Source: an uncultured Verrucomicrobiae bacterium
GTDB lineage: Bacteria; Verrucomicrobiota; Verrucomicrobiia; Chthoniobacterales; JAATET01
Length of the DNA: 64,000 bases
NCBI GenBank assembly: GCA_963719495.1
Contig: CAVRCI010000013.1
Location: forward strand, 416,001-480,000
Reading direction: 5' to 3'
Positions within the stretch are counted from its first letter, which is position 1; each line of letters opens with the position of its first letter. Under the pieces are notes generated by a model. It had not been told where the DNA came from and did no database searches. It worked only from the letters and a program-made list of their open reading frames with translations. Below are positions 38,891 through 49,924 of this stretch, one piece after another. The position numbers were made by a program, and so were the translations under genes.

Positions 38891-39865
38891 TTAGAGGATC
38901 GAGAGGGCTTTTTCGACCATGCGCTCGATGGTGGGGATTTGTTGTTCTTCGACGGGCATGCTGTAGATCGCCGGAGCGTCGAGGGTGCAGACGCGGCGGA
39001 TCGGGGCGTCGAGTTCGTCGAAGACCTTTTCCTGAATCATGGTCGCAATCTGGGCCGATGTCCCGCAGAACGGTTTGTTCTCGTCGACGAGGACGACCCG
39101 GTGCGTTTTCGTCACGGAATCCAGAATGGCCTGCTCGTCGAGCGGGCGCAGGGAACGGAGGTCGATGACGTCGGCCTGGATGCCGTGTTCGGACTCGAGC
39201 TGCTCGGCGGCGGCGAGCGCGGTCAGGATCGATCGACCATGGCCGATGAAGGAGAGGTCGGATCCTTCACGCTTCCGGTCCGCAACGCCGAGCGGGATGA
39301 GATATTCCTCTTCGGGGACCTCGCCCTTGTGACCGTAGAGCACGGTGTTTTCCATGAACATGACCGGATCATTGTCGCGGATGGCCGTCTTCATGAGGCC
39401 CTTGGCGTCGTAGGCCGTCGCGGCGCTCACGACTTTGAGACCGGGGACGCCGGCGAGCCAGTTTTCCGGGGTGTGCGAGTGGGTGGCACCCACGTTCGTT
39501 CCGGCGTTGGCCGGGCCGCGGATGACGATGGGGCAATTGATGAGGCCGCCGCTCATGTAGCGGACCTGGGCGGCGTTGTTGACGATCTGATCCCACGCGA
39601 CGGTCGAGAAGCTCCAAAACATGAGCTCCATCACGGGGCGGATGCCGAGCATGCTGGCACCGACACCCATGCCGATGAAGGCCGCTTCACTGATGGGGGT
39701 GTCGACGACGCGTTTGTCGCCGAATCGTTCCCACAGACCACGGGTCACTTTGTAGGCACCGTCGTATTCGGCCACTTCCTCACCAATGAGCACGACGTTC
39801 TCGTCGCGCTCGAGTTCTTCGGCGAAGGCTTGGTTGAGGGCGTCGCGGTATTCGATGAGTGCCAT
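38891..39865 (-). CDS. pdhB: Pyruvate dehydrogenase E1 beta
   Basis: GEEVAEYDGAYKVT, DTPISE, GATHS, IDLRSLRPLD. Confidence 0.95.
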   Translation of the reverse strand: MALIEYRDALNQAFAEELERDENVVLIGEEVAEYDGAYKVTRGLWERFGDKRVVDTPISEAAFIGMGVGASMLGIRPVMELMFWSFSTVAWDQIVNNAAQVRYMSGGLINCPIVIRGPANAGTNVGATHSHTPENWLAGVPGLKVVSAATAYDAKGLMKTAIRDNDPVMFMENTVLYGHKGEVPEEEYLIPLGVADRKREGSDLSFIGHGRSILTALAAAEQLESEHGIQADVIDLRSLRPLDEQAILDSVTKTHRVVLVDENKPFCGTSAQIATMIQEKVFDELDAPIRRVCTLDAPAIYSMPVEEQQIPTIERMVEKALSIL

Positions 39866-40001
39866 GGTGGGTTGGTCGGAAGGTCTGTGGGTCGATGGTT
39901 GGAAGATCTCGAAGTGGGAAGGTCGAAGTGGGGAATGCCCGCCTCAATCGCACCAGCGATTCTGAACTGACTTCCCGACTTTGGACTTTGGGCCCATCGC
40001 T

Positions 40002-41093
40002 TCAGTCGTTGAAGAAGTGTCGGCCGGTCTTTCCGGCTTCGGTGCCGTGGTCGACTTCGTAGTAAACGTCTTCGAAGAGATTATCGAGGGTCGGGAAGTC
40101 ACTCTTTTCGGCGAATTTCACCGCGGCCATCGCTTCCTTCCGGGAGGCCTTGTCCATGGCGTCGGCTTCTTCTTCGGTGAGGTGTCCCTCTTCGATGATG
40201 CGGTTGCGCCAGAGTTGGATCGGGTCGTGGGATTCCTTGTATTGGTCGATCTCGTCGGACGAGCGGTAGCCGCCCTTGTGTTTGGCGTCGGCAACTGAGT
40301 GTCCGTAGTAGCGGTAGGTGTCGACCTCGAGGACGGTCGGCCGGCTCTCGGCGTGGGCGCGGTCGATGGCGATCTGCGTCTTGGCGCGGAGTTCGTAGAT
40401 GTCCTGGCCATTCGCGATGTCCCAGATGATCCCGTAAGCGTCGGCCCGCTCGGCGAGGCAATTCTTGATGGCCGAAGAGCGCTCGAGGCTCGTTCCCATG
40501 GAGTACCGGTTGTTTTCGATCACGTAGATCACGGGAAGATCCCAGAGGGCCGCCAGGTTGAGGGACTCGTGGTAGACGCCTTGATTGATCGCGCCGTCTC
40601 CCAGAAAACAAAGGCAACATCCGCGCTGCTCCTTGTATTTGACCGCGTAGGCGAGACCGAGGCCGAGGGGCGTCTGACCGGCAACGATCCCGTGGCCGCC
40701 CCAGTAATTTTTATCCGGCGCGAAGAAGTGCATCGATCCACCCTTCCCCTTGGAGCAACCCGTGATCTTGCCGAAGAGCTCGGCCATGCATTCGTCCATC
40801 GTCATGCCGACGGCGAGGGCGTGGCCGTGGTCGCGGTAGGCGGTGATGAGGTGGTCGTGCTCGCCCATGAGCGATGCGGTGGCGACGGCGACGGACTCCT
40901 GGCCAACGTAAAGGTGGAGAAACCCACCCATCTTGCCCTCGTTGTAGTATTTGAGGGCCATCCGCTCGAAACTGCGGATGCGGAACATTTCGCGGAGGAA
41001 CCCGACCTTGTCTTCCGGCGAGAGAGAAGCGTTGATTCGCGCGGAGGCGTAGTCAATCGGGCTGACTTCAGTTTCGACGTCGGACTCGGTCAT
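40002..41093 (-). CDS. pdhA: Pyruvate dehydrogenase E1 alpha
   Basis: GFLHLYVGQE, YRDH, GKGGSMH, GDGA..NN, TYRYYGHS. Confidence 0.95.
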   Translation of the reverse strand: MTESDVETEVSPIDYASARINASLSPEDKVGFLREMFRIRSFERMALKYYNEGKMGGFLHLYVGQESVAVATASLMGEHDHLITAYRDHGHALAVGMTMDECMAELFGKITGCSKGKGGSMHFFAPDKNYWGGHGIVAGQTPLGLGLAYAVKYKEQRGCCLCFLGDGAINQGVYHESLNLAALWDLPVIYVIENNRYSMGTSLERSSAIKNCLAERADAYGIIWDIANGQDIYELRAKTQIAIDRAHAESRPTVLEVDTYRYYGHSVADAKHKGGYRSSDEIDQYKESHDPIQLWRNRIIEEGHLTEEEADAMDKASRKEAMAAVKFAEKSDFPTLDNLFEDVYYEVDHGTEAGKTGRHFFND

Positions 41094-41303
41094 GCGCGGC
41101 TCAAAGGAAAGGATCAGGTGTCGGGATGAATCGGCCAAGCCTGGTCGCCCGGCTTAGTCGGATGATTCGAAATACTCCACGAGCCTTCCAGCGTTGGCAA
41201 TGGTGAAAATGTCGCGGGAATCCGGTGACTCCCCGTCATCCAGAGCCTCGCGGGCCGAGTCCACGCGGGCCGTGGCCGGGTCCGACCCGTCAGCGGAGAG
41301 AAA

Positions 41304-41618
41304 TCACCACTTCTCCACGAGGAGGGTGAGATCGCCGACCAGCGAGTCGATCTTCTTGAGATCCTTACGGCGGCCTTTTTCCGGATTGATCGCGAGTTTC
41401 CGCAGCAGGGTGGTCATGTCACGGAGGTCGTGCAGTTTGGCCGTTGGAACTTTTTTCCGGTTCGACTGCTTGTCGACCGTCGCCCGGACGTCTTCGATCT
41501 CCGATTCCAGACGTTGCGAATAGGCCCCAATCACCGTGCGAAGATTGTTTTTGAGGGTCTCGAGCTCTTCGGCGACCGCTTTCATCGGCGACGCCTCCAC
41601 GGGTGGTTTGGATTTCAT
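41304..41618 (-). CDS. Hypothetical small helical protein
   Basis: 104-aa ORF with host-like codon usage, upstream of pdhA. Confidence 0.6.
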   Translation of the reverse strand: MKSKPPVEASPMKAVAEELETLKNNLRTVIGAYSQRLESEIEDVRATVDKQSNRKKVPTAKLHDLRDMTTLLRKLAINPEKGRRKDLKKIDSLVGDLTLLVEKW

Positions 41619-41784
41619 CCTGTCACTAATGAACCACGGCGGCCGCCGAGACGCAAGGTCACCAGGACGGGGTCGCTTGGAGTCTTACCCTCAAAAGAAT
41701 CGTGAGACGGGATTTACACGAGTAACGGGATGATCGGGGGATGATCGGGTATGACCTACCAGGCGGCGATCGGTCACCCTGTCA

Positions 41785-42287
41785 GTGAGCGGGGGCTGGG
41801 TGAGCGTGGGATGCGATCACGACACCTCCGAATTTGCCGCGGAAAGCATCCGGCGTTGGTGGCGCAAGATGGGCTCGGCCCGATATCCCGCAGCCCACCG
41901 TCTCCTCATCACCGCCGACGGAGGGGGCGGCAAAAGTTTCCGATGCCACCTTTGGAAGTGGTGCCTGGCGCGGTTGAGCGCGGAGATCGGAGTGGAGATC
42001 AGCGTCTACCACTTCCCTCCGGCCACCAGCAAGTGGAACAAGATCGAGCATCGGCCTTTCTGTCACATCACCCAGAACTGGCGGGGCAAAGCCCTCGTCA
42101 GCCACGAAGTCGTCGTCGAACTCATTGCTGCGAAACCACCCGGGCTGGCCTCGAAGTCAGGGCCGAGGCCGATCAATCGCACTATCAAACCAAGCTCAAA
42201 CCCACCCCCGAGCAAATGGCCTCCATCCGCATGACCCGCAATGATTTTCACGGGGAATGGTATTACACCATCAGCCCTCCACCCTGA
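41785..42287 (+). pseudogene. ISAzo13-family transposase 3' remnant (frameshifted)
   Basis: GWVSVG.DHDT.EFA..SIRRWW, LLITADGGG, HFPP.TSKWNKIEHR, NWRGK, then in another frame FHGEWYYTI. Confidence 0.88.
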
Positions 42288-42302
42288 CCCAAGGTGCGCC
42301 GA

Positions 42303-43809
42303 CAACGGTGTTGAACGCACTGAGGAAGACGAGCCCGTAGCGGGGCAATGGAGAAAGGAGGAAGGCGCAGGTGGGGTCGAGTATCCGGGGGTTCCGAAAT
42401 GATTCGCTGGGCGCGCGGAGAAGAAAGAGGTGGCAAAGAGAAAGAAAGACTTGACATCTGGCAGGGAAGGTGGGCGAAAATTTACATGCCTAATCATATT
42501 GATTCATCCGCTGCCTTCGCCACCTCGCTGATCGACTCGTCCGCCGGAGAGGAGTTCTTCAGGCCGTTGCAAACCATCCTCAGCCAGTGCGAGAAAACGC
42601 GGGCGTGCCCGGACTTGAGCGACGCGGATTGGTTTGGTCTGGGAATCTTGCGAGTCTTCCACGAGGTCAAAAGCGGGAGGGGATTTTTGCAGGAGATCGT
42701 GCCGCATCTGCCGAGTGCCCCCGACTACAATCAATTTTTTGCGACCTTGCGCAGTCCCCGGCGGCTGGCCGCGTGCCAGGAGGCCGACAGCCTGCTGGCG
42801 GGGGAAGCGGCCCGCATTCTCCCGGACGCCTTGGCCGGGGAGCCGGAACTTGAGAAGTTCGACGTTTACGCCGGAGACGGTCACTGGCACGGAGCGGCGG
42901 CCCACGACAAAGCGCCTTTTGCCAACAGCCGCTCCAAGAGCGCTTGCGGACACCTTTTCGCTCAGGACCTGCGTCGTGGCCTGCTGCGCCACATCACCAC
43001 CGCCGACGGGATCGAGCGCGAACACGAACACGACTTGCGTGCGCTCAAACGCCAGACCCGAACGGCCTTGCGCCAAGGTGCGCCCAAAGGCCGCAAAGTC
43101 CTCTACATCTGGGACCGCGCCGGGATCGACTATCAGGCGTGGCAGGACTGGAAGATCAATGGCGGCATCTACTTTGTTTCCCGCGAAAAAACCGGTTCCG
43201 CCTTTGTGGCTCATTCCAACAAGCTCTGGGAGCGCGCCGACCCGCGTAACGCCGGCATCCTCAGTGACGAACGCGGCCACAGCAGCGCCGGCATCCCGCT
43301 TCGCCGCGTCAGTGTCGTCGATGCGCTCACCGGCACGACCTACGTCTTCATCACCAACGAAATGACCCTGCCTCCAGGTCTCATCGCCGAACTCTACCGC
43401 CGCCGCTGGGACATCGAGAAATCCTTCGACACGCTCAAAAACAAATTCGGCGAAACCCGCGCTTGGGCGACCTCTCCCACAGCCAAAACCATGCAAGCGC
43501 TCTTCATCTGCATGACTCATCAACTCCTGCTCGTGCTCAGTCATCACCTCGACCGTGATCACGACATCACACCCAAAGCCGAACTCCAACGCCGCCGCCA
43601 ACGCATCGACTCCCAGATCGCCTTTGCCACCGCCGCCGGTCGGGCTTTCCCTTCCCTGCGCGCAGCCGCCAAGAACCTCTCCCAGTTCACCGTCAAGTTC
43701 CTGCGCTGGCTACGCCATGCTTTGCGATCAAACGCTCTCTGGCATCATCTTCTGGACTCCCTCCGCCTGTCCTATGCCAAACTATAGTTTCATACTTTCA
43801 ACTCCGTTG
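42303..43809 (+). mobile_element. IS4-like insertion sequence; transposase 42486-43787
   Basis: Terminal inverted repeats caacggtgttgaa / ttcaactccgttg; AGDGH, WDRA and LYRRRWDIEKSF..LK (YREK) motifs. Confidence 0.9.
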
Positions 43810-44172
43810 ATCCCCAAGTTCGTTCTTTGGCTCAAAGATGCTGGCGACCCGCTCCCACGCGAATTCTCCGCCGGAGGGTCTTGACCAGTTCGGCGCCGAG
43901 GCGCAGCGCTGGATTTGCTCGTCGGGCCTCAGCTTCACCCGACCCCGACGCTTCGCAACCCGGCGCTCCGTTCTCCATACACGAGAATTCCCGACGAACG
44001 AGATTTCGGAAATTGCGCTTTACCGGACTACGCCGTGCTTCCCGTCGACGCCGAAGTCAGCCCCGGAATGTACAGATTTGCATTCTGCGGTTTGTCCTGG
44101 CGGGTTTCAACGGTTTCGCCGCCCGGCGAGCGTAATGCAACGTGACGCCGCACCTCCTTTGGTCACGTTGCC

Positions 44173-45802
44173 TTACCCGCGGACGCGCGCGTCCATGATC
44201 CAACGCAACGGAATCGCGCCGTGCCCGAGCATCCAGTCGTTGAATTCCTTGAGCGTCCATCCCTCGCCGACGACGAAGTGGTGGTGCAGCCGCTCGACTT
44301 CGAGCCGCCCGAGCAGATAGCTCATCGGCACGGTTGGCGACGACGTGTACCAGTTCACGTCGCCCTGCGCGCGGCGGCGGGTGAATCCAACGCCGTTCAT
44401 GAGCAGATTGCAGGCGGCCCCGTAGGATAATTTTCCGGTGTGCAGACCGCAATCGATCACGATCCGGTAAGCCCGCCAGAGCGCATCCTGGAGCTGGATT
44501 AGCTTCGCTTCAGGCAACGTCACGAGCCGCTGCTCGACGCACATTTTCTCGCACCAGAGCGTCCAGCCTTCGTAAAAAATCGCGTGCGCAAACAATCGCC
44601 TCAGCTTGCTCGGATGCCGGTTCTGAATCGCAAATTGCAGGTGGTGGCCCGGATACGCCTCGTGCGCGGCGGTGAGTTCCAGGCCGAAGTGCTGTTGAAT
44701 TTCCGCCCGCTTCTTTGCCGCGGAATTCACCGTGAGGCTCAGGTCGTTGAGCCAAAAAATCCCGACCTGCCGCCGCGAGAAGGCGGGCGGCTGGTTGTAG
44801 GCCGCCGTCGGGAAGTGGTGCCGGAGAAATTCCGGCACCGGCAACACGTCGAGCGACTCGCCCTTCGGCAGCGTCACGAGATCAAGTTCGCCCAGCCGCC
44901 GAAGAATCGCCGCGGTCGTCTCGCGATATTCGTCGATCAAAGGCCGCTCGGGCACCCACTTGGCCGCCGCCGCGTCGATCGTCTTCCGCGCGTCCTTCGA
45001 CCCCACGCGTTTCGCTTCGGCTTTCAGTTCGCTCTTCAGCTGCGCAATCAGCTCCCAGCCATCCGCCTCGATCTCGGCGATGGATTGATCGAATCCCATC
45101 CGCTCGCGAATGAGAACGCCCAGCGCGTCCGCACCAACCGCAAACCCTCCCGCCGGGCCGGGGCTTTTCCGGACGATCGTCTTCCCGTAATCCGCCAGCG
45201 CCGCCGACGCCCGCGCAATCCCTTCCCGCGTTCCCTCGGGATGACCCGAAGCGGCGACCAACGTCTCCTCGAGACCACGCAGAAATTCCATCCCGCCGTC
45301 GCAAGCCTGGGTCGCCAGCTGCGTCCAAAGCGGGATGGGTTTTTTGAGGCAGGCCGCGCCGTTGCGGAGGTATTTCGGGATCTGATTCAGCCGCGAGTCG
45401 ATCGCCGGCAGCACCTTTTCCAAATTCCCGGCGTTCCGAATCACGAGGTCGAAGATCGAGCCAATCGCCGCGTCCACGTGGATCTGCGGGTTCTTCCGCC
45501 AGCGCTCGAACTCCCCGTCCAGCACCGCGCTCGTCCGCAGATCGGCCAGCATCCCGCGTCGATCCAAATAGTCGTCCCCGCGAAAAACCGCTTCCGGCAG
45601 AGCCTCGATCTCGTCGGTCGCGCGGATCGTCAGCGCGTTTTGCGCCCGGTAGTCCGCCGCTGAGTTTCGACTCAGCCGGGAATCGAATTGATCCAATCCG
45701 AGCGGGCTGGCCCCCTCGGGGAAGCGCTCGTAACTCTCCTCGAGAAACGCTTTGCTCGCCTTTTGAAATCGGGTGATCGCGGGGTGTTTTTTTGCCGCTC
45801 AT
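44173..45802 (-). CDS. DUF885-family protein with an apparent frameshift at an A7 tract near its start
   Basis: AHEAYPGHHLQ, FYEGW..WCE, RIVID.GLH, SYLLG. ATG 45802 is out of frame by one base. Confidence 0.85.
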
Positions 45803-46638
45803 TCCGTGGCGTTGAGCAGATTCCCCGAGTCATCGACCTTCGAGAGCGCCAGCGATTCCATTTCGTTGGCCAAGTCGCGCATCTCCTCGACTTCCGTCTG
45901 CGAAGGCGGACGCTCACCGATACCGTCCACCTCGGATTTGAGGATCTTCATGTTCGCCGTGAGCTGAGTGACCAACTCGGTCTTGCGAAGCCGCGGATTC
46001 AGCGTCTCCAGCCGGTCGATGAAGTAGCTGATCACGTCAGGCCGCTTGAGGCCCTCGGCGCGCGTCGGCGTATAATTCGCCGCCGTCGCGTTGGCCGCCA
46101 ATTGAAATCCCCGCAACCACCCGCCGAAGCTGATCACGTGCGCCATCTCCTCGTCGCGCAGCGCCATCATCGAAGCCTCGATGTCGCCCTGCGTCGCGAT
46201 TAATTCCTCTCGCAGCGCCATCCAATTCCCCGCCTTCCCTTGGTCCACCAGACTCTTCGCCCGCGTGAGCAAACTGCTCCCCACACCCAGGCTCTGCGAC
46301 TGCCGGATCAACGCCCGCCCGATGTCCTCGATGTCCTGCGGCCGCTGCGCGATCACGATCACGAACCCATCCGCGACGAGAGCCCCGAAATGCAAACCCG
46401 TCTGGAACCGATTGGGAAAAGTCGCCTCGCGATCATTCTCGTCGAGGATCTCCATCGGGATCGGGCGAAACGCGTCCAAATCGAGCAGCAGCTTCTGGAT
46501 GTCCGGAGCCGTCACCTCGTTCACCCCCAACTCCTCGCGCATGTGATCGTCCGATCCCTCCTCGAAATCCCCGCCTTGCCCGCGGACGCCCGACAACGTC
46601 AAAGCCAGCAACAGGATCGAAAGCGCGCGACAATTCAT
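45799..46638 (-). CDS. Hypothetical exported protein
   Basis: Signal peptide MNCRALSILLLALTLSGVRG; helical body. Confidence 0.72.
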   Translation of the reverse strand: MNCRALSILLLALTLSGVRGQGGDFEEGSDDHMREELGVNEVTAPDIQKLLLDLDAFRPIPMEILDENDREATFPNRFQTGLHFGALVADGFVIVIAQRPQDIEDIGRALIRQSQSLGVGSSLLTRAKSLVDQGKAGNWMALREELIATQGDIEASMMALRDEEMAHVISFGGWLRGFQLAANATAANYTPTRAEGLKRPDVISYFIDRLETLNPRLRKTELVTQLTANMKILKSEVDGIGERPPSQTEVEEMRDLANEMESLALSKVDDSGNLLNATE

Positions 46639-46735
46639 AGCCAACTCCGCGAACGTGACAGATCACCCACTGGATGTCCAACGTCGCAGCCACAATCTCC
46701 TTCCGTTCGCCAAAGGAAGTTCGATACTCGCGCCC

Positions 46736-47833
46736 ATGATCATTGGCGTCCCCAAGGAAATCAAAGAACAGGAATACCGCGTCGCCCTCCTCCCCGCCGC
46801 CGCCTACCAACTCACCAAGCGCGGCCACCAAGTCCTCGTCGAGACCGACGCCGGAGCCGGCTGCGGCTACCTCGACGACGAATACACCAAGGCCGGAGCC
46901 GAGATCATCCCCGATCACGCCACCGTCTTCGCCCGCGCCGACCTCATCGTGAAGGTCAAGGAACCGCTCGCCGCCGAATACGACCTCCTGCGCCCCGGCC
47001 AACTCCTCTTCACCTACCTCCACCTCGCCGCCAACCGCCCCCTCACCGAGGCCCTCCTGCGCACCGGCGCGACCTGCATCGCCTACGAAACCATCGAGGT
47101 CAACCGCCGCCTCCCCCTCCTCGAACCCATGAGCGAGATCGCCGGCCGCATGTCCGTCATCGTCGGCGGCCACCACCTCGCCAAGCACCACGGCGGCAAA
47201 GGCATCCTCCTCGGCGGCGTCCCCGGCGTCCTCCCGGGCAAGGTCGTCGTCATCGGCGGCGGCACCTCCGGCGTCAACGCCGCCCGCATGGCCATGGGCC
47301 TCGGCGCCGACGTCACCATCCTCGAAGTCGACCTCGAGCGCATGCGCTTCCTCGACATCACCATGCACAACGCCCACACCCTCTTCTCCAGCGAAGCCAG
47401 CCTCACCGACCTCCTCCCCACCGTCGACCTCCTCATCGGCGCCGTCCTCGTCCCCGGCGCCCGCGCCCCCAAGCTCATCAACCGCGAAATGCTCCGCGCG
47501 ATGAAGCCCGGCAGCGTCCTCGTCGACATCGCCATCGACCAAGGCGGCTGCGCCGAGACCTCCCACCCCACCACCCACCACGACCCCACCTACTACGAAG
47601 AGGAAATCCTCCACTACTGCGTCGCCAACATGCCCGGTGCCTACGCCCGCACCGCCACCCAGGCCCTCACCAACGTCACCTACCGCTACGTCGAAATCCT
47701 CGCCGACCTCGGCCTCGAAGCCGCTCTCGAAAAAATCCCCGCCCTCCGTGGCGGCATCAACGTCCAGAACGGCCACGTCACCTGCCGCCCCGTCGCCGAA
47801 GCCCTCGACCTCCCCTTCACCGAACCCGATTGA
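46736..47833 (+). CDS. ald: Alanine dehydrogenase
   Basis: [44 protein letters not shown]. Confidence 0.97.
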   Translation: MIIGVPKEIKEQEYRVALLPAAAYQLTKRGHQVLVETDAGAGCGYLDDEYTKAGAEIIPDHATVFARADLIVKVKEPLAAEYDLLRPGQLLFTYLHLAANRPLTEALLRTGATCIAYETIEVNRRLPLLEPMSEIAGRMSVIVGGHHLAKHHGGKGILLGGVPGVLPGKVVVIGGGTSGVNAARMAMGLGADVTILEVDLERMRFLDITMHNAHTLFSSEASLTDLLPTVDLLIGAVLVPGARAPKLINREMLRAMKPGSVLVDIAIDQGGCAETSHPTTHHDPTYYEEEILHYCVANMPGAYARTATQALTNVTYRYVEILADLGLEAALEKIPALRGGINVQNGHVTCRPVAEALDLPFTEPD

Positions 47834-47864
47834 CACCCAACCGTTAGACGGTAGCGTCTAACCC

Positions 47865-48092
47865 ATGCAAACGGTCACGACCCGCGAGTTCTATCACAAC
47901 GCCAAGTTGGTTGACGCCCTTCCGCTTGGCGGCAAACTCCTGGTCACCTCGCGCGGAAAACCGAAGTTCACCGTAACCCGCTCCGGGGATGGCGAAAAAA
48001 TGACAACCGAACTGGCGGAGAAGCTCGCAATGTCCACCGGGATGGCCACCGTGATCGATTCAACGGCATTGCTGCGCGACCTTCGAGATTGA
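47865..48092 (+). CDS. Phd/YefM-like antitoxin
   Basis: MQTVTTREF...LLVTSRGKP; overlaps the PIN gene. Confidence 0.75.
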   Translation: MQTVTTREFYHNAKLVDALPLGGKLLVTSRGKPKFTVTRSGDGEKMTTELAEKLAMSTGMATVIDSTALLRDLRD

Positions 48093-48571
48093 AAGCCTAC
48101 GGAGATTCGTCGTGGTGGCTGGCGTATAAAATCAACGAGGATGTCCACCATGGAGCCGCGATTCAGATCTTCAATCAGGTCGACGGGTGCAAAGTTGCCT
48201 GGACCCCATGGCAGCGCTTGGAGATTTTCAATAGTTTGCATCAGTTCGAGCGCCGTGGCGACTTGGGCACGAACCGCGCCCGCGATTTCATCCGCCAACT
48301 CGAGAACGAAGTCCGTTTAGGCTATTGGCCTCACGTCGAGTTCAGTTGGACCAACGCCGTCCGCCGGGCCAACGAAATCAGCGCCGCCCACGGCCCCAAC
48401 CTCCCGATCCGCGGCATGGACCTCTTCCACATCGCCATCGCCCTCGAGATCGACACCGACCTCCTCCTCACCTTCGACGCCGACCAAGCCGCCCTCGCCG
48501 AAGCCGTCGGCATCCCGGTCCACCCCTGGCCCCCAAAACCCGAATCAGAAAATCTGCGTCCTTCTGCGTAA
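48089..48571 (+). CDS. vapC: PIN-domain VapC toxin
   Basis: YGDSS, LEIFN, RGMDLFHIAIA, LTFDADQ..LA. Confidence 0.88.
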   Translation: MKAYGDSSWWLAYKINEDVHHGAAIQIFNQVDGCKVAWTPWQRLEIFNSLHQFERRGDLGTNRARDFIRQLENEVRLGYWPHVEFSWTNAVRRANEISAAHGPNLPIRGMDLFHIAIALEIDTDLLLTFDADQAALAEAVGIPVHPWPPKPESENLRPSA

Positions 48572-48587
48572 TCTGCGGACAAAAAGC

Positions 48588-49853
48588 ATGAATCTCGAAG
48601 ATCTCACCCACCAGATCGGTCGCCAGGCCCGCGTCGCCTCCCGCGCCCTCGCCAACCTCCCGACCGCCACCAAGAACGCCATCCTCCACGCGATGGCCGA
48701 CGAACTCCTCGCCCGCACCGACCTCGTCACCGCCGAGAACGCCCAGGACGTCGCCAACGCCGAAGCCGCCGGCCTCACCCGCGCCTCCGTCGACCGCCTC
48801 CGCCTCGACCCCGACCGCGTCGCCGCCATCGCCGCCGGCATCCGCCAGGTCGCCACCCTCCCCGACCCCGTCAACGAAACCCTCCGCGACTGGACCCGCC
48901 CGAACGGCCTCCGCATCACCAAGATCCGCAAGCCCATCGGCGTCATCGGCATCATCTACGAATCCCGGCCCAACGTCACCAGCGACGCCGCCGTCCTCTG
49001 CATCAAGACCGGCAACGCCGTCATCCTCCGCGGCGGCAGCGAATCCCTCCGCTCCAACCTCGCCATCGCCGACGCCCTCCAGACCGGCGGCGCCCGCGCC
49101 GGCCTCCCCGACCACGCCGTCCAGCTCATCCCCGTCACCGACCGCGACGCCGTCCGCCTCATGTGCCAGATGGACGACTGCATCGACGTGATCGTCCCGC
49201 GCGGAGGCCACGGCCTCATCGAAACGGTCGTCACCCACGCCCGCATGCCCGTCATCAAACACTACGACGGCGTCTGCCACGTCTACGTCGACGAACACGC
49301 CGACCTCGCCATGGCCGAATCCATCGTCCTCAACGCCAAAACCCAACGCCCCGGAGTCTGCAACGCCTTGGAAACCCTCCTCCTCCACGAAAAAATCGCC
49401 GAAGACTTCCTCCGCCAAGCCACCCCCGCCCTGGCAACCGCGCAGGTCGAACTCCGAGCCGAAGGCGAAACTTTCACTCAACTCTCAACTCTCAACTATC
49501 AACCCCTCGCCGCGGCGGAGAACTGGTCCACCGAATACCTCGACTTGATTCTAGCCGTAAAGACCGTCCCCTCCCTCGACGCCGCCATCGACCACGTCAA
49601 CCTCCACGGCAGCCACCACAGCGACGCCATCGTCACCACCGACGAATCCGCCGCCGACCGCTTCCTCAACGAAGTCGACTCGGCGACCATCTACCACAAC
49701 GCCTCCACCCGCTTCACCGACGGCGAAGAGTTCGGTTTCGGAGCCGAGATCGGCATCAGCACCGACAAACTCCACGCCAGAGGACCCATGGCCCTGGAGG
49801 AACTAACCACCTACCGCTACCAAATAAGAGGAGCCGGCCAAATCAAAGGATAG
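48588..49853 (+). CDS. proA: Gamma-glutamyl phosphate reductase
   Basis: GIIYESRPNVT, LRGGSE, VCNALETLL, NASTRFTDG.EFGFGAEIGIST.KLHARGP. Confidence 0.97.
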   Translation: MNLEDLTHQIGRQARVASRALANLPTATKNAILHAMADELLARTDLVTAENAQDVANAEAAGLTRASVDRLRLDPDRVAAIAAGIRQVATLPDPVNETLRDWTRPNGLRITKIRKPIGVIGIIYESRPNVTSDAAVLCIKTGNAVILRGGSESLRSNLAIADALQTGGARAGLPDHAVQLIPVTDRDAVRLMCQMDDCIDVIVPRGGHGLIETVVTHARMPVIKHYDGVCHVYVDEHADLAMAESIVLNAKTQRPGVCNALETLLLHEKIAEDFLRQATPALATAQVELRAEGETFTQLSTLNYQPLAAAENWSTEYLDLILAVKTVPSLDAAIDHVNLHGSHHSDAIVTTDESAADRFLNEVDSATIYHNASTRFTDGEEFGFGAEIGISTDKLHARGPMALEELTTYRYQIRGAGQIKG

Positions 49854-49924
49854 CCCCCCTCAAGGAGCGGCGATTTGCAATCGCCGACCCAACCAAAAGG
49901 CGAAGCCTCAAACCAATCCCCCGC

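Noticed and set aside
43810..44145. Short ORF fragments right of the IS4-like element
   Set aside because: Possibly a decayed gene end, but no recognisable motif supports a call.
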